A stretch of 64,000 nucleotides of DNA from Anaeramoeba ignava BMAN (Eukaryota; Protista; Anaeramoebae): NCBI GenBank assembly GCA_028826165.1, contig JAPDFW010000123.1, forward strand, positions 100,776 through 164,775, written 5' to 3'. Numbering within the stretch: the first letter of the stretch is position 1; every line of letters begins with the position of its first letter. Positions 1-12,200 of this stretch are shown here, piece by piece. Position numbers and translations under genes: made by a program. The notes under the pieces were generated by a model. That model searched no databases. It saw only the letters and a list, made by a program, of their open reading frames with translations, and was not told where the DNA came from.

Positions 1-2607
1 TCCATATTCCTGCATAAATAACAACTCCATAAACCCATTTTGTATTTTGAAGGGATGATCCCTTTTGTTTTTGAAAAAAATTAAATTTGAATTCAATTAA
101 ATCAAATTAAATATAAATTTTTACTCGAAGTAACACTTGATTTTGATCTAATGCTATTGGATTTTCCCAACTATCTAATTGAATAGATCCTTCAAATAAA
201 TAAATATGTTCATTTGGTTCTTCACATTTAATTTTTCCTGATAAATTTTGAAAAGATTCTAATGAAGTAAAATCGGAAGTTTCTTGGATAGCATATCTTT
301 CTTTATAATTTGATTCTCTTTATAAATAATTTAATAAATAATTTTATAAATAATTTAATTAATAATTTAATAAATAATTTTATATTTAATTTAATAAATA
401 ATTTAATAAATAATTTTATAAATAATTTAATAAATAATTTTATAATTAATTTAATAAATAATTTAATAAATAATTTTATATTTAATTTTATAAATAATTT
501 TATATTTAATTTTATAATTAATTTTATATTTAATTTTATATTTAATTTTATAATTAATTTTATAAATAATTTTATAATTAATTTAATAAATAATTTAATA
601 AATAATTTAATAAATAATTTTATAAATAATTTTATAAATAATTTTAATTTAATTTTATAAATAATTTTATAAATAATTTTATAAATAAACTTGTAAATAA
701 TTTTATATTTAATTTTATAAATAATTTTATAAATAAATTTATAATTAAAAATTACCCATCTAAATTTGAAGTTTCTATATAACAAAGATTATCATCTTCA
801 CTAGTAGATATAACAATAACATCAGCTGGAATTTCTTGTTTTTTTTCAAGAAAAATTAAATCACCCATCTTTTAAAATATTAAATATTAATATAAAATAT
901 AAAATATTAAATATTAAATATAAATAATAAATATAAAATATTAATATAAATATTAAATATAAATATTAAATATAAAATATAAATATTAAATATTAAATAT
1001 AAAATATAAATATAAAATATAAATATTAAATATTAAATATAAAATATAAAATATAAAATATTAAATATAAATATTAAATATTAAATTTTAAATATTAAAT
1101 ATTAAATATTAAATATTATATATATAAAATAAATATTAAATATTAAATTTTAAAACATTAAATATAAAATATAAAATATAAATATTAAATATTAAATATA
1201 AAATAAATATTAAATATAAAATATAAATATATAAATATAAAATATAAAATATAAAAATAATATTAAATATAAAAATATTAAAATATTAAATATTATATAT
1301 AAATATTAAAATATAAAAATATAAAAATATAAAATATAAAAAAAAAACATATAAAATATAAATATAAATATAAATATAAAATATTAAATAATAAACATAA
1401 ATATTAAAAATAAAATTAAAATATTAAATATAAAATATTAAATATTAAATATATTAAATATTAAATATTAAATATAAATATTAAATATTAAACATAAATA
1501 TTAAATATTAAAATAATAAAATATAAAACATAAAAATATAAAATATAAATATTAAATATAAAATTTAAAAAATATAAATATAAAATATTAAACATAAAAT
1601 ATTAAATATAAAATTAAATATTAAATATTAAATATAAAATATAAAAATATAAAAATATTAAAATATAAATATTAAATATTAAATTTTTAAAACATTAAAT
1701 ATAAAATTTATATATAAATATTAAATATAAATATAAAATATTAAATATTAAATTTAAAAATATAAATATTAAATATTAAATATTAAATATTAAAATATTA
1801 AATATTAAATATTTAATATTAAATATAAAATATTAAATATTTAATATAAATATTAAATATTAAATATTAAATATTAAATATTAAATATAAATATTAAATA
1901 TTAAATATTAAATATAATATATAAAATATTAAATATAAAATATTAAATATTAAATATAAAATTTAAATATTGAATATTAAATATAAAATTTTACTTGAAT
2001 TTGATCACTTCGAATTTTTTTGAATTGTTTTAATTCAGGATGGTAAATCGAATAAAGTGCAGAATTTGCCTTTTTATCTGCTTTTCTTCTTTGATAATCC
2101 TCAACTCCAGCTTTTATTGCAGAAACAGCTGATCAAAAATCAATTTATTAAAGAAAAATTTCCATTTCCAAAAAAATAAATCAATTAAAATGTAAAAATG
2201 TAAAAAATTTTATTTTAGAAAGAAAATTACCCAATACAAAAACTAATGGTGAAACTGAAGTAAAAGGAGTTAGAGGAGAAATTGGAAGAAAACTAAGTAT
2301 AGCAGCTAATAAGAAATAAAAGTTTGCAAATCGACGAAACTTGATAATGAAAAATTGTATTTTTTTTTTTTTGAATTGAAAAATTAATTCAAAAAAATTA
2401 TTTATTTTTTTTTACTTGTTCAAAAAGATTTTTTGGAATAAAATTTAGCCAATTATATCTTGTTGTTGAAATATAATTATGTGGATATTTTAATAATTTA
2501 CTAAAATTTCGATCACAAATTTGAATTGTAATTGATTTTTCAATTTCTTCGTTTAAATTTTCTTCAACTTTATCTTTTTGAATTAAATTTTTATTTAAAT
2601 CAGACAT
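1..2607 (-). CDS. P4-type ATPase (phospholipid flippase), 5' part; runs off the window start
   Basis: Hand splicing (GT-AG introns near 2340-2415, 2129-2231, 869-1994, 328-755, 62-124) gives [59 protein letters not shown] and QVLLRGSSLQNTKWVYGVVIYAG, which are P4-ATPase N-terminal and actuator motifs. Confidence 0.92.
872..1990. repeat. Intronic AAATATT-type degenerate microsatellite
   Basis: Fills a P4-ATPase intron. Confidence 0.85.
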
Positions 2608-2704
2608 TTAAAAAACAAACAAAAAATGAAATGAAACTAAAAAAATGGGAAAAATGAAAAAATTTAAATTGAAAAATTTATTTATTTTTTTGATTATAAT
2701 TTTT

Positions 2705-3874
2705 TTAATTGTTTTTTTTGTTTTTTTTCTTTTGAAAAAGTTTATGAAAAAGTTTTCGACTTGTTTCTGGATTATCTGCAGCTTGAAACCCAGAAAAATG
2801 CTTATTAGAATTTCTATGAATATTGTTTTGAACCGTTTTATTTGATTTTTTGTTTAATATTTTTCTTTTTTTTTTGGAATTATTTTTGGAATTATTTTTT
2901 TTTGGTGAATTTTTAGGTTTTTCTAAATTTGAGTTAAAAACTTGATTTTGATTTGATTTCTCGCTTTGATTTGGAATTGCTAAATTTTGAGCACCAACTT
3001 TTTGTTGGCGAATTTTCTCTCTTTCTTTTGGAAAAGGTTTTCTTTCCTTGAAATTTTTTCTCTTTTTTTGATTTTTTTGATTTTTTTGATTTTGATTAAC
3101 TTTTTGTTCGGAATCTTGAGAATAATTTACTTTTGAGACTCTAATAGGTCTTTCTTTAAGAATCTCACCATTCAATTGCAAAGCAAAGGGGACTGATTTT
3201 CTATGTTTAAAATTGACATAAGCAAATCCTTTTCCACGACGAGTAAATTTATCTCTAACAATATGAACATAATTAATCTCTCCGCATTCTTTAAAGAAGT
3301 CTTGAATCTCCAATTCTGTTACATTATAATTCAAGTTGCCAACAAATACACAAAGTTTTTCATTATAATCCTTTTTATTTTCCTCCAAACAAACATGTAT
3401 TTTATAGCCTTCAATTTCAATCCCATTCATTTTAACTGCTTTTTTTGCTGATTCTTTATTTTCATATAATAAATAGCAATTTTGAGTCGGCGAAACTTCT
3501 TTATCAATTTCTTTTTTAATTGCTGATACTTTTTTGGGCTTGATTTTTTTATCTGGTAAAATTTCAAATGCCGTTGATCTAAATCTTATTGATTCTATTT
3601 TCCCAAATTCTTTGAATATTTTTTCCAGTTTTTTCTTTTTTATTTCAACTGGTAAATTTCCTATGAAAATTGTTCTTTGATTTATTTCTTCTTTTTCTTT
3701 TTTTGTTGGTTTTGTTCTTGTTTTTTCTTTTTTTCTGTTTTTTAATTTTTCTTCAAGATTTTTTTGATTTATTATTTTTTGTTCATTTGTTTGTTTTTCT
3801 GAAATTGTTGTTGGTTTTGAAGAGAGAATATCAAGTAATCTATTTTTTTGGTTTGAGTTTGATTCCTGATTCAT
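2705..3874 (-). CDS. RBM34: RNA-binding protein 34 / Nop12-like nucleolar protein with two RRMs
   Basis: Single 389-aa ORF with RTIFIGNLP...FGKIESIRFRS and VFVGNLNY...VRDKFTRRGKGFAYVNF, plus basic tails. Confidence 0.85.
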   Translation of the reverse strand: MNQESNSNQKNRLLDILSSKPTTISEKQTNEQKIINQKNLEEKLKNRKKEKTRTKPTKKEKEEINQRTIFIGNLPVEIKKKKLEKIFKEFGKIESIRFRSTAFEILPDKKIKPKKVSAIKKEIDKEVSPTQNCYLLYENKESAKKAVKMNGIEIEGYKIHVCLEENKKDYNEKLCVFVGNLNYNVTELEIQDFFKECGEINYVHIVRDKFTRRGKGFAYVNFKHRKSVPFALQLNGEILKERPIRVSKVNYSQDSEQKVNQNQKNQKNQKKRKNFKERKPFPKEREKIRQQKVGAQNLAIPNQSEKSNQNQVFNSNLEKPKNSPKKNNSKNNSKKKRKILNKKSNKTVQNNIHRNSNKHFSGFQAADNPETSRKLFHKLFQKKKNKKNN

Positions 3875-3877
3875 TTT

Positions 3878-3982
3878 AGAAAAAAATGAAAAAATGAAAA
3901 AATGAAAAATGAAAAAATGAAAAAAATGAAAAAATGAAAAAAATGAAAAAATGAAAAAATGAAAAAATGAAAAATGAAAAAA
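3878..3982 (-). promoter_or_regulatory. Tandem TTTTTTCA (TCATTTT, initiator-like) array directly upstream of the RBM34 ATG
   Basis: More than ten copies of the motif end a few nt before the ATG. The same motif lies upstream of most starts in the window. Confidence 0.55.
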
Positions 3983-4170
3983 TTTTTTATTGAATTTTAA
4001 TTTTAATTTTAATTTTAATTTTGATTGAATTTTAATTTTAATTTTAATTTTGAAATGAATTTTAATTTGAATTTTAATTTTAATTTTGGAATGAATTTTG
4101 AATTTTAATTTGAAATTTGAATTTTAATTTTAAATTTAATTTTTAAAATCCAATAAAAAATAGAATTTAT

Positions 4171-7100
4171 TTAACCAAGTCGATTTAAAACAGGATAAAT
4201 CATTTCAGAAGTAACACCACAATCACCATTACGAGAAAGTCTGATAAAACCATTTTCACCCCAATCTTCTCCCCATGAAAATTTAATTAACCAATAATAT
4301 GGATTGGAATTAATATCAGAATAATATCCAGCAAGAAGAGCTGCATAATTAACAACATTTTCTTGACAATAACTTGTATCAAAAATTCCTGATTGATAAA
4401 ACATTATTTCTTGTGAACTTGCATCTAACATTACTTTTAATTTTAATTTTAATTTTGAAATTGATTTTAATTATGATTTTGATTTTGATTTTAATTTTGA
4501 TTTTAAATTTTGATTTTAATTTTGGATTTTAATTTTGATTTTAATTTAGATTTTAATTTTGATTTTGAATTTAATTTTGATTTTAATTTTATTTTGATTT
4601 TTAATTTTTTTTTTTGATTTTAATTTTTGATTTTAATTTTAATTTTAATTTTAATTTTAATTTTAATTTTAATTTTTTAATTTTAATTTTGATTTTAATT
4701 TTAATTTTAATTTTAATTTTAATTTTAATTTTAATTTTAATTTTAATTTTGATTTTAATTTTGATTTTAATTTTGATTTTAATTTTAAATTTTAATTTTA
4801 ATTTTGATTTTAATTTTGATTTTAATTTTAATTTTAATTTTAATTTTAATTTTAGTTTTTTTTAATTTTGATTTTTAATTTTAAATTTTTTTGAATTTTG
4901 ATTTTAATTTTGATTTTAATTTTGATTTTAATTTTAATTTTGATTTTAATTTAAATTTTAATTTTTGATTTTGATTTTAATTTTAATTTTAATTTTAATT
5001 TTAATTTTGATTTTAATTTTGATTTTAATTTTGATTTTTATACTGGACAAAGGTCCAAAAAACCATAAAGCATATTCTGCTTGAGAAGGATCAATTTGAG
5101 TTGAATAATTAATAGAAGCTTGCATTATATCATCAGTATAAGCACAATAGCTTTATTAATAAATGAATAAATTAATGAATAAATGAATAAATAAATAAAT
5201 GAATAAATTTTCAGTTTTTTGAATAAACTACGCTGAAAATCCAAGAAAAGGATAAATTGAATCAAGAGCAATTCCACCAGCACTTATCATATCCTTAAAA
5301 GCTTGTGAAGTTGAACCACCATGACATCCACTATTATTTTCTGAACAATCAATAATATCTTGAACACTAAAATTAGCCAATTCTCCTGTTGAAAAAAAAT
5401 ATTGTCCTTCAATAGCTCCTGCAACTGAAAATGCCCATGAAGCTCCACAGAATTCTTGATCTTTAACTGCAGAAATTGCTCCAAGTTCAACCCATGATAA
5501 ATTACTTGGTAATGTGTAATCTTTTATTGGTTTTTCAATCATTTTTGTTGATTGGAATTCTTTTTTTGGAATATATTCTGAATTTATTAACAAATTATTT
5601 CTGAATTCTTCATGTGTAAGATCTGCGAATTTGTTAATACCGACTTAAAGAATTGAATAATCATTTTAATTTTAATTTTAATTTTAATTTTGATTTTAAT
5701 TATAATATTAATTTTAATTTTAATTATAATATTGATTTTAATTATAATATTGATTTTAATTTTTATTATTAAATCTATACGTTTCATAGTTTCATGATTT
5801 TTGTTAAAATTTTCGATAAATTCTGAATTTGAATTAAAAATTGTTTCTCTTTGTTTTAATTCAGTGATATTTTCATATTTTTTGGAATATTTTTGAAGAT
5901 AACCATGAAATTTATGGTTGAACCTTTGTTTATTTTCACTAGGAAATAAACTTCTCAAAAAATTTGAATTTATACCAAAAGTATATTCAGCTAAATTAAT
6001 TAATAAATAAATAAATAAATAAAGAATATTATAAATATAAATATTATAAATATAAATATTATAAATATAAATATTATAAATATAAATATTATAAATATAA
6101 ATATTATAAATATAAATATTTTAAATATAAATATTATAAATATAAATATTATGAATATAAATATTTTGAATATAAATATTATAAATATAAATATTTTAAA
6201 TATAAATATTTTAAATATAAATATTTTAAATATAAATATTTTAAATATAAATATTATAAATATAAATATTATAAATATAAATATTATAAATATAAATATT
6301 ATAAATATAAATATTATAAATATAAATATTTTAAATATAAATATTATAAATATAAAATTATAAATATAAATATTTTTGAATATAAATATTATAAATATAA
6401 ATATTATAAATATAAAATATTATAAAATATAAATATTATAAATATAAATAAATAAATATAAATATTTTTAAATATAAATATTTTAAATATAAATATTTGA
6501 AATATAAATATTTTGAATATAAATATAAATATGAATATTAAAATATAAATATTTTAAATATAAATAATATAAAATATAAAAATAAATATTTTGAATATAA
6601 ATTTTATTATAAAAAATATTATAAATATAAATATTTTGAATATAAATATTATAAAATATAAAATATTTTTAAATATAAATATTTTAAATATAAATATTTT
6701 AATATAAAATTATAAATATAAATATTATAAATATAAATATTATAAATATAAATATTTTGAATTAAATAAATATAAATATTATAAAAATATTATAAATATA
6801 AATATTTTAAATATAAATATTATAAATATAAATATTATAAATATAAATATTTTAAATATAAATATTATAAATATAAATATTTTAAATATAAATAAATAAA
6901 TAATATTTTAAATATAAATATTTTAAATATAAATATTTTATAAAAGGAAATGAATAAATCAAAGATCACAATTTTGAGTTTGAGAAAAATTCGTTGAACA
7001 AGTTGGTGGAACTACAAAAAGAGAACTATTTACATCTGTAACATAAGAAAAGTAATCAAGACTTTTTGAAAAAAATAAAAATTTAGATTAAAATGATATT

Positions 7101-8664
7101 TTCAAATCAAATCAAATCAAAAATATTTTAAAAATACGTCCAATCTCCATAATGAGAATTATTAAAAATATTAATTGAAGAATATTGAAAACGAATTGGT
7201 TGTTGTTTATCAATATCATAGAAGAAATAATATTCTTCTTTAATATTCTCTACAGTTTCTGAGTAATAATAAATATCAGCACGTAATCCACGAACAACAC
7301 TTTTTCCAGTTTTTTGAAACTTTTCCAGATTAGGTAAAACATCAACTATTTTAAGTGGAGTGTCACTTGAATAATTTGTACAAACTGGATTGCTGTCTTT
7401 TAAATAAACATCATAAACTACTGTATTCAAAAAAACTTCAGTTTCAAGTCCTGTATAAAAATTAATTTTTTGTAAATTTGCTGTTATATTGGTATCAATT
7501 GTTATTGGAATATGAGTTGCAATAGTTGGAGCATGAAGAACAATATCTGTATGATACTATTTTAATATTAATATTAATATTAATATTAATTATATTTTTA
7601 ATTTTAATTTTAATTTTGATTTTAATTTTAATTTTAATTTTAATTTTTATTTTAATTTTAATTTTAATTTTAATTATATTTTTAATATTAATTTTAATTT
7701 TAATTTTAATTATATTTTTAATTTTAGTTATAATTTTAATTTTAATTTTAATTTTAATTTTAATTTTAATTTTAATTTTAATTTTAATTTTAATTTTAAT
7801 TTTGATTTTAATTTTAATTTTAATTTTTAATTTTAATTTATTAATTTTAATTTTAATTTTGAATTTAAATTTAATTTTAATTTTGATTTTAATTTTAATT
7901 ATATTTTTAATTTTAATTTTAATAATTATGATTATAATATTGATTTTAATTTTAATTTTAATTTTAATTTTAATTTAAATTTAAATTTTAATTTTAAATT
8001 TTTAATTTAATATTAATTTTAATTTTAATTTTAAATTTTAATTTTTAATTTTAATTTTAATTTTTAATTTTTATAAATGAATTTTGATTTTAATATTAAT
8101 TTTAATTTTAATTTTAATTTTAATTTTAATTTTAATTTTAATTTTAATTTTAATTTTTTGATTTTTAATAATTTAATTATAATTTTAATTTTAATTTTAA
8201 TTTTAATTTTAATTTCAATTTTAATTTTGAATTTTTTTTTTTAAATTTAAATTTTTTTTAATTTTAATATTAATTTTAATATTAATTTATTTTAATTTTA
8301 ATTTTAATTTTAATTTAAATTTTAAATTTTAATTTTAATTATATTTTTAATATTAATTTTAATATTAATTTTAATTTTAATTTTAATTTTAATTTTAATA
8401 TTAATTTTAATTATTAATTTTAATTTTAATTTTAATATTAATTTTAATTTTAATTTTAATTTTAATTTTGATTTTAATTTAAATTTTAATTATGAATTTT
8501 AATTTTAATTTTAATTTTAATTTAAATTTTAATTGTTGTAATTCAATTTTTACAACTTCACTCCATTGAAAAGAATTTAAAATAAAAAAGAAAAAACAAA
8601 TTAAAGAAAGAAAAAGAAAAATGAAAAAAAAATTTTGCTTTTTTTTTATTATAAATTTTTTCAT
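4171..8664 (-). CDS. Papain-family (C1A) cathepsin-like protein of CfaD/26-29 kDa type, predicted inactive
   Basis: Seven exons by hand splicing: hydrophobic signal (MKKFII...FILNS), N-terminal domain (QWSEVYHTDIVLHAP...NNSHYGDWTLDY), I29 prodomain (LGINKFADLTHEEF), mature domain (LPSNLSWVELGAISAVKDQEFCGASWAFS...SWGEDWGENGFIRL). Confidence 0.88.
6026..6940. repeat. Intronic 15-bp repeat (ATAAATATAAATATT)n
   Basis: Fills an intron of the cathepsin-like gene. Confidence 0.85.
7560..8530. repeat. Intronic (TTTTAA)n repeat
   Basis: Fills intron 1 of the cathepsin-like gene. The same unit family occurs at 4436-5040 and 48835-49520. Confidence 0.85.
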
Positions 8665-8719
8665 TTTTTTTTTTTCAAATTTCTCTTTTTCATTTTTTGA
8701 ATAAATAAATAACATAAAA

Positions 8720-9013
8720 ATGAGTGAAGCTTTACCAGATCATGATTTTTCAGAACTTTTAGAAAGAGTTAAATGGCATACAAGTGATAAAGATAGAATC
8801 CGACTTATTAAAGCAACAACAAATGAATCTAAATTCACTTCAAAACAAGTTTTACAACTTTTACAATCTCTTTCTTTTGAAACTGCAAAAATTGAAGCAG
8901 GTGTTCTTCTTTATAATCATGTTGTTGATCCAGAAAATTATGCAAAAGAAGCAATTGATCCTTTACGTTATAAAGATGAAAAAGAAAAAATTAAGAAAGC
9001 ATTGAATCTTTAA
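8720..9013 (+). CDS. Small DUF4476-like protein
   Basis: 97-aa intronless ORF; FTSKQVLQLLQSLSFETAKIEAGVLLYNHVVDPENY fits the DUF4476 pattern as I recall it. Confidence 0.7.
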   Translation: MSEALPDHDFSELLERVKWHTSDKDRIRLIKATTNESKFTSKQVLQLLQSLSFETAKIEAGVLLYNHVVDPENYAKEAIDPLRYKDEKEKIKKALNL

Positions 9014-9269
9014 ATTAAAATTCATTTCGAAATTAAAATTAATAATTAAATTAAAATTCATTTCGAAATTAAAATCAAAATTTAAATCAAAATCAAAATT
9101 AAAATCAAAATTAAAATCAAAATTAAAATTCATTTTGAAACCAAAATTAAAATTGGTTTTTGAAATTAAAATTAAAATTAAAATTAAATTTTCATTTTCA
9201 TTTTAATTTTTGTTTTGTTTTGTTTTCTTAATAAATATTATTGTTTTTTTTTTTGTAAATTCATTCCAA

Positions 9270-12200
9270 TCAAAAATCAGAAGAAAAAGGAAGTAATAAT
9301 TCAGACATTTCATGATTTTCCAAATCCAAAGAAATATCCAAAGGAGACTTATTATAAATATTTGTTTTGTTAACAATATTCAACAAATGAGGAAAATCAA
9401 GTAAAAATTGCAAAAGTTTTGGAGAATCACTTTGAACGACAAAATGAAAAATATTATTTTTTTCATTATCCAAACAAAGCAAGTCTGCACCAGCCTGAAT
9501 CAAGAACATAACGGCATCAATTGCACCACTCATAGCAGCAGCAAGGATAGGGGTCACACCAGCAGAATCTGAAATATTGATGTTGGCATTAAAATCAAGA
9601 AACAAAGCGATTGAACGAACATCGTTGTTGCACGCAGCGTCATGGAGAGGAGTAGAAAGGAGCTTGTCGCGGCAATTAACATCGGCATTATTATGAAGGA
9701 GAATTTGGGCCGACTCAAAAGACCGAGTGGCGGAACAACAATGGAGAGGAAAGTGACCCAAGTTGTCAGGAAGTTGGAGACATTGGGAATTTTTAAAAAG
9801 AAGTTCAATGCACTTGGCCTCGTTATTAAGCGCGGCCAGATGCAGCGGTGTTTGCTCGCTAATGTCCTTGAGCGAGGGTTCCGCTCCTGATTTAAGTAGT
9901 TTTGTGAGGAATAAATCGTTCCCCTTTTCGCAGCAATGCATGATTGCCGTTTTTTTCTCGTAGTCGCGCATATTGAGCATCGATTTAAATGTTGATTGTG
10001 TGTGGTCGTCAAGCTCAAGAAAAGTGCTCAACTTGGTTTTCGTGCTCTCGCTTAGACTGTTTGTTGGGGTCGGCGAGAAATTGTTGAGATCCAAAACTTC
10101 GACTTTCAGTTGCGAAATTTCCGCACATCGAGTTCGAAGGGAATTTAGGATGAAATCAATAACATCGCTTGATTTTGTGTTTGCCATTGTGTGCAGAATG
10201 GAGCATCCCGTATAATTGCATTGAAGTATATTAGCTCCATTTTCCACAAGTGTTTGAATTGCGCCCATCATCTCTGCTTCCACAGCAACAAACAGCGGCG
10301 TTCTTCCTGTGAAATCGAACGCATCAATCTCAGCGCCAAAGGAAAGAACCTTCTCAACTGACTTCACACACCCTCCATGTCCAGCCCAATGAAGAGCCGT
10401 CCATCCTTCTGATGATCTTGCCTGGAAATTTGCTCCATATTGCACAAGTAGTTCGATTACCTCAAGGTTCCCAATATATGCTGCCTCGTGAACTGCAGTA
10501 ACTCCATCTTGATCTGTTATGTCCATGTTGTATTTCGACCGATTCTTGTGAATAATCTCCATGATTTTCGTTGCAATTTCAATTTTGTATTCTGAAACTG
10601 CCCAATGTAAAGATGTTGCTTTCTCATTATCCGAGTTGAGCAGCTGTGCTCCATGTCGCAGGAGCAATAGAAACGCTTCCATCTGGTTGTATATTGTGCA
10701 GATTATCAACGCAGTTTTCCCGCGGATGTCTTTTGCTTCGATGTTTGCTCCCGCTTCAAGAAGTAAATCAATGATTTCTAAATTTCCGTTAGAACATGCA
10801 TCATGAAGTGGTGTGAATCCTACTTGATCGCTTGTATTAACTAATATGTTTTTTTGTTCTAGAAGCAGTTTTACACACTCTATTTTGCCGTTGTATGATG
10901 CATCGTTGAGAGGTGTTGATAAAGAGAAATCAACTGAGTTTGGGTTTGCTCCATTTTTGAGAAGAACATTCATACATTCGACACTTTTATAAATAATTAA
11001 TTTATAAATATTTAATTTATAAATATTTGATTTGATTTATAAATAATTAAATTTATAAATATTTGATTTAATTTAATTTAATTTAATTTATAAATATTTT
11101 GATTTGATTTAATTTATAAATATTTGAATTGATTTAATTTATAAATAATTGATTTGATTTAATTTATAAATAATTAATTTAATTTAATTTATAAATAATT
11201 GATTTAATTTAATTTATAAATAATTGATTTAATTTAATTTATAAATAAATAATTGATTTAATTTAATTTAATTTAATTTATAAATAAATAATTGATTTAA
11301 TTTAATTTATAAATAATTAATTTAATTTATAAATATTTAATTTAATTTATAAATAATTGATTTAATTTTTAATTTAATTTAATTTATAAATATTTAATTT
11401 AATTTAATTTATAAATAACTGATTTATAAATATTTAATTTGATTTAATTTATAAATATTTAATTTGATTTAATTTGATTTATAAATATTTAATTTAATTT
11501 ATAAATAATTGATTTAATTTATAAATATTTGAATTGATTTAATTTATAAATAATTAATTTAATTTATAAGTATTTGATTTAATTTAATTTAATTTAATTT
11601 GATTTATAAATAATTGATTTAATTTATAAATATTTGATTTAATTTATAAATAATTGATTTAATTTAATTTATAAATAATTGATTTAATTTAATTTATATA
11701 AATATTTAATTTAATTTGATTTGATTTATAAATATTTGATTTAATTTAATTTATAAATAATTGATTTAATTTAATTTAATTTGATTTATAAATAATTGAT
11801 TTAATTTAATTTATAAATAATTGATTTAATTTAATTTAATTTATAAATATTTGATTTGATTTATAAATAATTAATTTGATTTAATTTAATTTAATTTATA
11901 AATAATTGATTTAATTTATAAATATTTGATTTGATTTAATTTATAAATATTTAATTTATAGATATTTAATTTAATTTGATTTATAAATAATTTAATTTAT
12001 AAATATTTAATTTATAAATATTTGAATTGATTTAATTTATAAATAATTGATTTATAAATATTTAATTTAATTTGATTTATAAATATTTAATTTAATTTAA
12101 TTTAATTTATAAATAATTGATTTGATTTATAAATATTTAATTTGATTTATAAATAATTAATTTAATTTATAAATAATTGATTTAATTTAATTTATAAATA

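Noticed and set aside
303-8530. ORFs made of IL, FN, IN or KLFI repeats (303-785, 310-660, 4614-4865, 6151-6363, 7526-7978; likewise 14628-15056, 48191-49411, 55859-56303)
   Set aside because: They are chance stop-free frames of intronic or intergenic microsatellites.
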